From contig CAVSFC010000002.1 of the NCBI GenBank assembly GCA_963727255.1, positions 608,001 through 672,000 on the forward strand: a stretch of DNA of 64,000 bases, written 5' to 3'. How positions within the stretch are numbered: position 1 is the first letter of the stretch; each line of letters starts with the position of its first letter. The notes below the pieces were generated by a model. That model was given only the letters and a program-made list of their open reading frames with translations. It did no database searches and was not told where the DNA came from. This stretch comes from an uncultured bacterium. Lineage in GTDB: Bacteria; Babelota; Babeliae; Babelales; Vermiphilaceae. The translations under genes were made by a program, and so were the position numbers. Positions 54,478 through 63,213 of the stretch are shown piece by piece.

Positions 54478-55896
54478 TTAAAGCTTTTTAATGCCCTTAT
54501 AATGCCAGTATTCCGAAACGATTGCCGGACAGCCGGTTACAACAACCAAGCCATGGCGTTCATCAACGGTTTTTTGTGCTGCTTCGAAAGCTTCTTTAAA
54601 GGTTTTTGCAGAGCGAGCTTTAATTTTCATGCTCTTAATATCATTGGTTGCTTTTTCAACATCCCATGATGCGCCTGCATGTTGGCCAGGAACCGGAGTT
54701 ACTGGGCATACAATTACTTGACCAGAAGTTTTCTTGAAGAAATAACGGAGTAATTTCAAGAACTCAGTAAGATCTAGCTCTGGATTATTGCAACCGAGTA
54801 CCAAGGTGATGCCTTTAATAGGCTTTTGGTAATGGAGCAAGCGAATTCCAAGAAGGAGATTTTTGAATGCATCAAGATTACTTGCATTATCAAGTAAGAC
54901 GCTTGGTTTTTCTTTATCAAGAAGTTGGAAACGTGCTGGCAATAAATTAGAAGTTTCTTTCCAAAATTGCTCAACCGTTTTCTTAGGGTTCAATTCTGAT
55001 TGACGTTTTGCTTCTAAGGTTGGGCGACCGCGTTGGCCTTTTTGCTTGCTGAGCAACGTGTTTGCAATTACGGTTTCGCTGTTCATAAAGCCGTTTACAT
55101 AGGTATGAGCGATGCGTTCAGCTAATGCTGCGCAACGGCCATGCAATTGTTCCATAGGATAGGGCAATGCTGCCAATTTACGGATTGGCATGGACCAGAC
55201 GCCATTTTTTTCTTTTACTAAATCATGCATCACTTGCAGATTTAATTTGCTTTGATCTGCAGATACCACATACGTATTTGGCTTAACGATGCCAAAAATA
55301 TCTATGATCGCATCTTTTACCAATGCTTCATCATCACAAGTGACGCGAGTAATCGCAGCAATTTTTGGTGAACAGATATTGGTTGCATTGAAAGTACCGC
55401 CTTCGCTTACTTCAAGTACTGCAACGTCAACATCATTATTTTTGAAAAAGAGTAACGCCATAATGGTCAGAAATTCAAATGAATTTGGGTTTAATCCCAA
55501 AGATTCTGCCATGTTGATGACATCGTTACCTAATTCGGTAAACGTTTTATTTGATATCGTTTCGTTGTTAATTGATAAGCGCTCATTATAGGTAAGAATG
55601 TGTGGCGCGTAGAACGTACCAACTTTCAAACCTTCTTCGCGCAATAATTGGGCAGCATAGTTGATGGTAAGCGATTTGCCATTTGTTCCAGCAACTAAGA
55701 CACAATTTAACTTTGACGGGTTACTAAATGCTTGATCGAGTTTTTTAATCACTGCAAGATTTTTATCAGCAGTGTTGGTTTGCCAATTGGCATCTAAAAA
55801 CTCAACAATTTCATTGTAACTGCGTTGCTTGCCCAGCGCTACCGTTTCCTTGGTAGAAAGCTGTTTGTTAGTATTCGTTTTCATATCATTCTCCAT
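54478..55896 (-). CDS. folC: FolC-like Mur-ligase-family protein (divergent)
   Basis: VAGTNGKS, FYAPHI..YNER, FEFLT, DVAVLEV..GG...ATN, PARFQ, LLDNASN. Confidence 0.75.
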   Translation of the reverse strand: MENDMKTNTNKQLSTKETVALGKQRSYNEIVEFLDANWQTNTADKNLAVIKKLDQAFSNPSKLNCVLVAGTNGKSLTINYAAQLLREEGLKVGTFYAPHILTYNERLSINNETISNKTFTELGNDVINMAESLGLNPNSFEFLTIMALLFFKNNDVDVAVLEVSEGGTFNATNICSPKIAAITRVTCDDEALVKDAIIDIFGIVKPNTYVVSADQSKLNLQVMHDLVKEKNGVWSMPIRKLAALPYPMEQLHGRCAALAERIAHTYVNGFMNSETVIANTLLSKQKGQRGRPTLEAKRQSELNPKKTVEQFWKETSNLLPARFQLLDKEKPSVLLDNASNLDAFKNLLLGIRLLHYQKPIKGITLVLGCNNPELDLTEFLKLLRYFFKKTSGQVIVCPVTPVPGQHAGASWDVEKATNDIKSMKIKARSAKTFKEAFEAAQKTVDERHGLVVVTGCPAIVSEYWHYKGIKKL

Positions 55897-56255
55897 GGTT
55901 AGAATACTTATTTTTACGCATTACTTACCGGGTAAGTATGGTTACATATTCTAGGATAAACTTCAGGGTAAAAATGTCAAACAATAAATTTTCATTGGAA
56001 TGATACAGGTTTATTTACAAAAGATAAAAAGAGAAAGTAAAGCTTTAGCTTTTTGAGTTATTAAATCTTTCATAATAGCCTCTGGAAGGCTTATTTGGAG
56101 ATTTTAAAGGATTGGCATTCAAGTCTTTTAGATGCCAGAAAAAAGTCAAAAATCTCAAAAAAAACTTTCTATTAGAAACATTTGTATTGATAAGATTCGC
56201 AAATGAGCAATACCTGCTGTCAATTGGGGTATCGGTAAATGCTATTTAAAGTTTT

Positions 56256-56528
56256 CTACCTGAATGCACGTTCTATTACTTGAATAACTTTATCACTTGC
56301 GACGATTCCTGATACTCCTGCAGCAATCAGCGCCACCCCAAGAATGGTATCAAAAAGCCGGTGGCTAAAATCATTCTGATAACGGTATATCAAATGTGCT
56401 CCCATAGAAGTGAGTATGAGGCCGGCCCCCATTATTCCCCATGTTCGAATTTCATGGGTACTTGCCGCATGCATGTTACTGGCACTTGTCGCAATCAATC
56501 CAACTAAAATTAGTTTTCTCATTAACAT
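56256..56528 (-). CDS. Exported small two-TM protein
   Basis: RBS ggag; signal MLMRKLILVGLIA; two hydrophobic segments. Confidence 0.65.
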   Translation of the reverse strand: MLMRKLILVGLIATSASNMHAASTHEIRTWGIMGAGLILTSMGAHLIYRYQNDFSHRLFDTILGVALIAAGVSGIVASDKVIQVIERAFR

Positions 56529-56625
56529 ACGTATTCTCCCTTTAAAAAATATCTTTTTCATCTTTGCACTAATGCTTGACTTTGAGCAATGCTTTGGCTT
56601 AAAGCTAAGAAAAAAAGGAATAAAA

Positions 56626-57102
56626 ATGTTCAGAAAAAAAGGTTTTTCACTCATTGAGTTGATGATTGTAATAGCTATTATTGCCGTGCTCTCCATGATA
56701 GCGGTTCCCAATTTTATGAAATATCTAGCGAAAGCAAAACGTGCAGAAGCATATATGCAATTAAGCTCGATCTATGCTGCGCAAAAAGCCTATTGGGCAG
56801 AAAATGGCAAATATGGCACTCAGTTATCCGGCCAAGGGGGCATTGGTTGGAGCCCTGAAGGATATGCCGGTGGCGGTTCAGGTGAAAAATTTTATTATAC
56901 GTATGGTTTTGGCGGTTCTGAAGGAACCAACTATTTTACCGGTAAATTAGGCACATCGAGCAATTATTTAAATCAAGCATACGCGAATGAAAATGGCTTT
57001 CTTGCAATTGCGGTTGGCGATATTGATGGTGACGGCTATCCTGATATTCTGGCAGTTGATCAGAATAATACCATTACTATTTTGCAGGATGATTTAGCAT
57101 AA
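56626..57102 (+). CDS. pilA: Type IVa major pilin
   Basis: Class III signal MFRKKG|FSLIELMIVIAII with E5; C-terminal GDIDGDGYPD. Confidence 0.93.
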   Translation: MFRKKGFSLIELMIVIAIIAVLSMIAVPNFMKYLAKAKRAEAYMQLSSIYAAQKAYWAENGKYGTQLSGQGGIGWSPEGYAGGGSGEKFYYTYGFGGSEGTNYFTGKLGTSSNYLNQAYANENGFLAIAVGDIDGDGYPDILAVDQNNTITILQDDLA

Positions 57103-57112
57103 AGGAGATCTA

Positions 57113-57610
57113 ATGCATAAATTAGCGTTTCTTTTGCTCAGTTGTTTGATGATGAGCCCGTGTGTTGCCATGATTCGCAAGTATTCTCGGGAAACTTTAC
57201 TTGCCATTGGAAAACAATATGAACAAAATGAAAAAAGTGATCAATTTAGCCAGATTATAAAAATTAAAGATATCATGTACCAGGCCAATAAGAATTCTCA
57301 ATACACGCAACGTGTTGAGCTTAAATATAGTGCGCCAGTAGGATTAATAACTAATCTTATTATTTGCATGAAAGGGTGGCAACTCCAACTTATTCCTAAA
57401 CGATCTGCAGATTTAGAAATTACGTTTAAAGTACTCACTACTGATGATTGCTTAAAGAAGGTTATTAATGAGCGAGCTAAGTTTTATCCTCATTCAGAAG
57501 ATCTACTGATTGTTCCACCCCCTTCTTGCGCACAAGAAACTGGTGAGTGTATTGTTGAATATCCATCACATCTTAAATTTTTTATGGAATGTGTGCAAAT
57601 TGTAGAATAA
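57113..57610 (+). CDS. Exported hypothetical protein with N-terminal YxxxxL-phi motif
   Basis: RBS aaggag in the 10-nt gap after the pilin stop; signal CVA|MIRKYSRETLL. Confidence 0.75.
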   Translation: MHKLAFLLLSCLMMSPCVAMIRKYSRETLLAIGKQYEQNEKSDQFSQIIKIKDIMYQANKNSQYTQRVELKYSAPVGLITNLIICMKGWQLQLIPKRSADLEITFKVLTTDDCLKKVINERAKFYPHSEDLLIVPPPSCAQETGECIVEYPSHLKFFMECVQIVE

Positions 57611-57697
57611 TACTGATAATTTGACTCTTCATGCATTTCTGGCACGATTTCCAATAGAAAATAGTTGCTATTTATCTATTACATCGTTTGGATATTC

Positions 57698-58324
57698 ATG
57701 CCTCAGTTTTTTACGAAACCTATTATCTGTATACTGCTTGCACTGTTGATTTTTTCAAATCAGTCAAATGCTATGCAACATTCAATCGGGGTAGAAACGA
57801 ATAGATCCCGATTAGTGCAATGGCTTATCGATCATAAAATAGCAATCGCTACTTGCAGTGCCGCATGTGCTGTTGGCGCGTATGTGGCGTATAATTACGA
57901 GCCCAAAAAAAAGAAGTTGATAAAGGTTCTCACTTCAAATCCTGTTATTCATTTACAATGTAGTAAAAAACATCTGCAAAATATTGATCACAAGAGATCG
58001 TTCACTAATCAGACCGTGCATACCTATCAATCGGCAGCTGTGGATGAGATTGATATAACTAGTTTTATACAAAAAGGTCGGATTTATTTAGTGGAAAATA
58101 AAAAGCAGAAAGAGTTAGCGATCGCCATGATTAAAATTGCGCATTCGCAGAAAGATTTGGATACTCTCGAGACTGCAGTGATCCATAAAGAGAACACAGT
58201 ATCGGTGTATTCAAAATACAAAGATGGCAGTGATGAAGTTGAAGGAATGGTTGATTGTGTTATCGAATATTCAAACTATGTTGAGTTGGAAGTTTCTGCT
58301 TCACAGATTCTAAAACAAGAATAG
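57698..58324 (+). CDS. Exported/membrane hypothetical protein, probable paralog of 57113
   Basis: Signal SNA|MQH; TM; C-terminus DCVIEYSNY resembles ECIVEYPSH. Confidence 0.7.
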   Translation: MPQFFTKPIICILLALLIFSNQSNAMQHSIGVETNRSRLVQWLIDHKIAIATCSAACAVGAYVAYNYEPKKKKLIKVLTSNPVIHLQCSKKHLQNIDHKRSFTNQTVHTYQSAAVDEIDITSFIQKGRIYLVENKKQKELAIAMIKIAHSQKDLDTLETAVIHKENTVSVYSKYKDGSDEVEGMVDCVIEYSNYVELEVSASQILKQE

Positions 58325-58337
58325 TCTGGGATATTAT

Positions 58338-59080
58338 CTAGCGTAATAGCAGCGCAATCAGTTGATCTTGATATAAAACATAGAAGATTGCGCCAATTGC
58401 TAAGAAAGGTCCGAACGGAATTTTGATACTGCTTTTTTTCCGAGAAACAACGATATAGATAATACCGAGTAGGGCACCGATGGTTGATGCTAGCATCAGC
58501 GTAATCCAACAGCCCCATGGCCCTATGAATGCGCCGATAAAGGCAAGCAATTCAAGATCTCCCTGACCCATGCCCTGTTTGCTGGTAAACCATGCAAATA
58601 ATTTTGCAGAACCAAGTAAGACCAAATAGCCAAATATGCTTCCAAAAATACTGTGCACGAGTGAAATTGGTAAAAATCCCAGAGAGGCAAAAAGAAATCC
58701 GAGAGGAATTAAAAATATGGTAGCAAATCGGGAAATCAGCATCGATTCAAAATCACTGCGGATGGTTACAATCAAGGCAGAAAAGAAAATAAAATAGGCG
58801 AGCCAATAATGGGAATCCACTGAATTTAGAAGAGCGAGCATAGCGATAAGCGTTATCAGCTCAATGAATGGATAAAGCCAGGATATGGGATTTTTGCAGT
58901 AACGGCATTTTCCGCAGAGTATGATGAAAGAAAAGAGGGGAATATTATCGTACCAAGCAAGCGGATGCTTGCAATGGGGGCAATATGATCCGGGGGTGAT
59001 GATGCTTTTCCAATGGATAAGCCGATAGCCGACCACATTTAAAAAAGAGCCCCATGCCAGAAGCAGAAGAGAAATTATTA
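58338..59080 (-). CDS. pilD: Prepilin peptidase/N-methyltransferase (start uncertain)
   Basis: WGSFLNV, SYCPHC, DNIP, GKCRYC, YP.IEL, GMGQGD, IPFGPFL. Confidence 0.93.
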
Positions 59081-59455
59081 CTAATCCGAAGAATCCGATG
59101 AGTCTTCTCCTTTAATTTTTTCAAGTATCCCCTCAATGCGCTGCTGCTTTTCAAATTGATCATCATATTTAAAGACCAATTCCGGAGTATAACGAGCATT
59201 AATCGATTGCGCGAGCGCGCGGCGTAATGAAGCTTTATATAGCAAGATAAATGGCAATTTTTCTTTGAATTCTGCCGGCCCACCAGGCGTATAAAAATAG
59301 ACCGTTGCATGGCTTTTATCATCAGAAAGCTTCACCCTGTTAACGGCAACCCCTTGGAGGCGTTTATCGTCCAGAGTAGTCTGAGAAAAAAGTTGCGCAA
59401 TAGCACGAAAAAGAAGTGATTCTTTTTGTGATTTTTTGATTGAGGATACGCTCAT
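59081..59455 (-). CDS. rbfA: Ribosome-binding factor A
   Basis: VKLSDDKSHATVY, RYTPELVFKYD. Confidence 0.88.
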   Translation of the reverse strand: MSVSSIKKSQKESLLFRAIAQLFSQTTLDDKRLQGVAVNRVKLSDDKSHATVYFYTPGGPAEFKEKLPFILLYKASLRRALAQSINARYTPELVFKYDDQFEKQQRIEGILEKIKGEDSSDSSD

Positions 59456-59520
59456 GAATCAGTCCTTGGAGGGGCTCCCAGCCTTTGCATAAGAGCTTTG
59501 CGGGGCAGCTCAGGGAGAGC

Positions 59521-59730
59521 TTAGGAAGGTTTGTTGCCGATCATACGCATCAGATTTTGTTTAATTGCGCGAACCAAGCGTTTGCGGCGTTTTTGAGTTG
59601 GGGATTCAAAGTAGACCGTACGTTTCATATCGCGAACAACTCCTTCGCGTTCAATTTTCTTTTTGAGTTGTTTGAGCGCACGTTCAACGTTTGAACTTAC
59701 GTAGACTGAAATATTAGACTTTTTTGACAT
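59521..59730 (-). CDS. rpsU: 30S ribosomal protein S21
   Basis: VERALKQLKKKIEREG...YFESPTQKRR. Confidence 0.92.
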   Translation of the reverse strand: MSKKSNISVYVSSNVERALKQLKKKIEREGVVRDMKRTVYFESPTQKRRKRLVRAIKQNLMRMIGNKPS

Positions 59731-59827
59731 AGCAGGTCGTCGGCCTTTCTTTTTTAGTTTGTTAAATTTCTGATGACTCTTTGTATTTTAAGTAAATTTA
59801 AGGCTATTGTCTATCCTAGCTCGTAAA

Positions 59828-61504
59828 TTAAGCCATTTTAGACGCAAGAAGCTTATTCCAAAGATTCTCTACCGATTCGCTAATAATCGCATAGCTTTGA
59901 GAATGGTAGCCTCCAGAAAGTACCATCAAAATTGGAATATTGCGCGAGAGCGCTTGGGTAAATACCACTTCATCTCGTTCGATAATGCCCGCTTTGGTAA
60001 GGGACATGCCGCCGATTGGATCTTGGTAGTAAACATCAGTTCCTGCATTATAAATGATCATATTTGGTTTTACCAGATCGATAGCTTTTGGTAATTCATC
60101 TTTGAGCAGTTTGAGATAGATAATATCGTTAGTTTTACGGCCATCTACAGGAAAATTAAAATTGATTCGTTCTTGGCATGCAAAATCGCCAGGCCATGTT
60201 TTGCCGTTATAGATATCAAAAATCGCAATCTGTTTATCATTGCGCGCAACTTCTTCATGGCCATTTCCTTGGTGAGCGTCTAAATCAACGATGAGAATGC
60301 GCAATTCAGGATGTTTCATGAGCACTTTACGGGCTGCAATACAAATATCATTGATGATGCAAAAACCGCCGTTTACTGGCTTAGTGCTCTTGGCATGGTG
60401 ATATCCGCCCGAGAGATTAATTGCCCAACCGTGTTCAAGAGCTAAATCGGCTCCTAAAATAGTACCACCCGTGGCTAATTTTACCGGATCAAGCAGTGCT
60501 TTTTGTGCAAAACTATTTGGCAATAATCCTAAGATTGGCATATCCGCGATCAATCCAAGGGTCAAAGAGCTTTTTAATGAGTTTAAATAGTCTTGCGTAT
60601 GAACCAAGAGAAGATCTTGATCAGTAACGCTTGTTGGCGTATAGAACTGCTGGCGAGTTAAGGCGAACTTATCCAATATATACTTAGAAACTTTTCCATA
60701 CTTTTTTGTGTCAAAAGGATGCAAATTTTCAAGCCCACCGAAGGTGATATCATAATTTGCATCAAAGATTATCGGAAGCTTTTCAAGCTTATTAACGGGT
60801 TTGAACTCACTCGCTTGTTTAAAGTAATTAGAATCTTTTGCCGAGCTAGAAGCGAGTGATGGAGCTGGCAATTGGGATACTATCGTTTTCATAATAGCAT
60901 CATATTTGTTATCAGGCGTAAGTGCTGGAGCTGGTGGACAAATATCTTTTGAATGCAAAAGCTCATAACCATTATTTGCAATCGTTGAAGCGCTTATAGC
61001 ATTGCGACCACTATAATTTTTATCGATTTTCGAGTGAGAGAGTAAAGATTGCGTGATTGTAAATTGATTATCAATAGCATCAGCATCGAAAGATTTTACA
61101 ACCTGATGTCCAAAGAGCAACGGCAAGCTTGAAATGCCCGCAGTGATTGCCAACGGATACCAAGATCCGGTATACAGTGAAGCGAGACCGCCGAGTGCTA
61201 CACCCGCGCCAAATAGATATTTAGAAAGATTGAAAGTGGTATTGATATATGATTGTGATTTGATAATTGTGCTATTAAGCTGTGCGATAGATCGCATTAA
61301 TGGGTTCCAATCGGTGGCAGCAAAATCTGTATCTGAAGTAGTTCCATGGGCATTGATATCAGCCCCTTGGCTTATTGCTTGTTGTGCAGCCTGAACATCA
61401 TGGCTTTCGATTGCGGTAAACAGATTTTTGGTAGGATCGGCTTGGAGTGCAATGGTGCTGCAAAAAATAGCCAGTACGAGCAATTGTTTCAATTGAGCTA
61501 ACAT
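59828..61504 (-). CDS. Exported class IV (HDAC11-like) deacylase with N-terminal ankyrin-like and TM-hairpin extension
   Basis: Signal ending LQA; GLENLHPFD..KYGKV, GWAINLSGGYHHA, GGFC, DLDAHQGNG, YNAGTD, DPIG, LSGGY. Confidence 0.92.
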   Translation of the reverse strand: MLAQLKQLLVLAIFCSTIALQADPTKNLFTAIESHDVQAAQQAISQGADINAHGTTSDTDFAATDWNPLMRSIAQLNSTIIKSQSYINTTFNLSKYLFGAGVALGGLASLYTGSWYPLAITAGISSLPLLFGHQVVKSFDADAIDNQFTITQSLLSHSKIDKNYSGRNAISASTIANNGYELLHSKDICPPAPALTPDNKYDAIMKTIVSQLPAPSLASSSAKDSNYFKQASEFKPVNKLEKLPIIFDANYDITFGGLENLHPFDTKKYGKVSKYILDKFALTRQQFYTPTSVTDQDLLLVHTQDYLNSLKSSLTLGLIADMPILGLLPNSFAQKALLDPVKLATGGTILGADLALEHGWAINLSGGYHHAKSTKPVNGGFCIINDICIAARKVLMKHPELRILIVDLDAHQGNGHEEVARNDKQIAIFDIYNGKTWPGDFACQERINFNFPVDGRKTNDIIYLKLLKDELPKAIDLVKPNMIIYNAGTDVYYQDPIGGMSLTKAGIIERDEVVFTQALSRNIPILMVLSGGYHSQSYAIISESVENLWNKLLASKMA

Positions 61505-61624
61505 TGATATAACCTCTAAAAAATATTTAAATTATTTCTAATTTAATTATTGCATTGAGAACGATTATTGTCAATCGAGTTGGCTTGTGCTATTTGTTTT
61601 CAAATAGAATTAAATAAATAATGC

Positions 61625-63031
61625 TTAGCTATATTTCTTGAGTAAGCAGTTGCTAAACCGCCCATTCGGATCATATTTCTTCTTGAGCTTTAAGAACTCC
61701 TTAAAGCGAGGGTAAGCTTTTTCAATCTGATTTTGCGTACCAAAAAGCTGGTAAGGCAGATAATAGGTGCCCCCGAGCTCCAAGGCGGCATCAATCAATT
61801 TTTGGGTCCAAGCCTGGGCTTCTGCAAGGCCTTCCTGTGTATTTAAGATATTAATATAAAACACGAGGGAAAATCGCTCACTGCCTGCATATGAGAGCAG
61901 TGATTCATTATTCTGAGGAATATAGCGAATAGAGATATTCACGATATTAATATCGGCAGTTTTGGCCCAAAAGCGTACTTCTTCTATAAAGGGAAGCAAC
62001 TGTTTAATAGGTATAAAATACTCTTGCAATACAGTGGTTGTTGGAAACCGTAACACCGGTTCCAAGGTGTTAACGGTGCTACTCATCTCATGATTTCGAG
62101 TAACAACCTTATTGCTTTGCTTAGCATCTAAGGAAGGCCGCAATTTATGCAAGAAAGCAAGACGCCGCAATGCTTGCTCGCCCAGCGCATGCAGAGGATA
62201 GAATGGTTTTGGCTCTTGCAACGGCTGGGTAATGGTGAGTGGTTTATCTGTTTTATACCAGCTAACACTTGAAGCTATTTTAAAATCGGTTGGATAGAGA
62301 TTGGTATTATGAAAAACAATTTTTGGATTATTCTTAATCGTTTTCAAGAAAAATTCTGGGTATTCTTCGATTGGCATTTGTTTAATCACCTGTTCGATAG
62401 CATAATTATCGGTGAGAGAAATAGTTGCTTCAGCAATGATTCCGAGTGCGCCATAGCCTCCAATCGCACCGGCAAATAGATCAGCATTCTCGGTACGGCT
62501 TGCAGTAACAAGAGTGCCATCGGCAAGAAGCACTTTAATTGATTTGATGGTCTCAATAAGCGGGCCATGATGAATGTCTCTGCCGTGCACGTTTACGCTC
62601 AATGAGCCGCCGACGGTAAAATCATTATACGATTGCATCACTTTGACTGAGAGATTATGCGGATTGATATATGCTTGAATAGCTCTCCACGTGATTCCCG
62701 TTTCAACGGTAATCTCTTTTGCAGCCGCATCAAAATGCTTGATCGCATCGAAGCCAGTCATATCAATTACAATCCCATCGGGATAGGCGATCTGCCCGCC
62801 TTGGCTATAGCGGCCACCAGCGATAGCAATCGGCTTAGTGCTGGAAGTAACTACATTCTTTAATGCTGGCAGCGTGGTTGGTTTATGAAGTGCATCGATG
62901 GGAATTACGCTTGTTTGGCTTATATCAGTGATAGTTAACCGAGGATCAAACCAGGTGAAAGGGTTCAGAATAGCGATCGCTGGGGCAGATAAGCTGAGTA
63001 AACAGCTTAAGAAAATCTTATTGAGATTCAT
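61625..63031 (-). CDS. FAD-binding oxidoreductase (VAO/PCMH type; gulonolactone oxidase/DprE1-like) with signal peptide
   Basis: IAGGRYSQGGQ, FTVGGSLSVNVHG, GGYGALG, GTYYLPY, KYDP...FSN. Confidence 0.88.
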   Translation of the reverse strand: MNLNKIFLSCLLSLSAPAIAILNPFTWFDPRLTITDISQTSVIPIDALHKPTTLPALKNVVTSSTKPIAIAGGRYSQGGQIAYPDGIVIDMTGFDAIKHFDAAAKEITVETGITWRAIQAYINPHNLSVKVMQSYNDFTVGGSLSVNVHGRDIHHGPLIETIKSIKVLLADGTLVTASRTENADLFAGAIGGYGALGIIAEATISLTDNYAIEQVIKQMPIEEYPEFFLKTIKNNPKIVFHNTNLYPTDFKIASSVSWYKTDKPLTITQPLQEPKPFYPLHALGEQALRRLAFLHKLRPSLDAKQSNKVVTRNHEMSSTVNTLEPVLRFPTTTVLQEYFIPIKQLLPFIEEVRFWAKTADINIVNISIRYIPQNNESLLSYAGSERFSLVFYINILNTQEGLAEAQAWTQKLIDAALELGGTYYLPYQLFGTQNQIEKAYPRFKEFLKLKKKYDPNGRFSNCLLKKYS

Positions 63032-63213
63032 AAGTAACCTTCCATTAATACCATTTATGGTGATTATTAGTAAGTCTAACTTGCTGGTAAAATAAGGCAA
63101 ATCTATAAATATTTTCAAATTAAAATTGATTGCTCGATAGAAATTACTGGCATTTGTGCTATGATTAGTAAATAAGGCAGTTTGAGCTAATTTCTAAACG
63201 TTAAAGGTTATGT

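Noticed and set aside
56410..56625. 72-aa N-terminal extension on the pilin ORF
   Set aside because: The class III signal begins at ATG 56626 after an RBS-like aagga; the extension overlaps the divergent gene 56256..56528.
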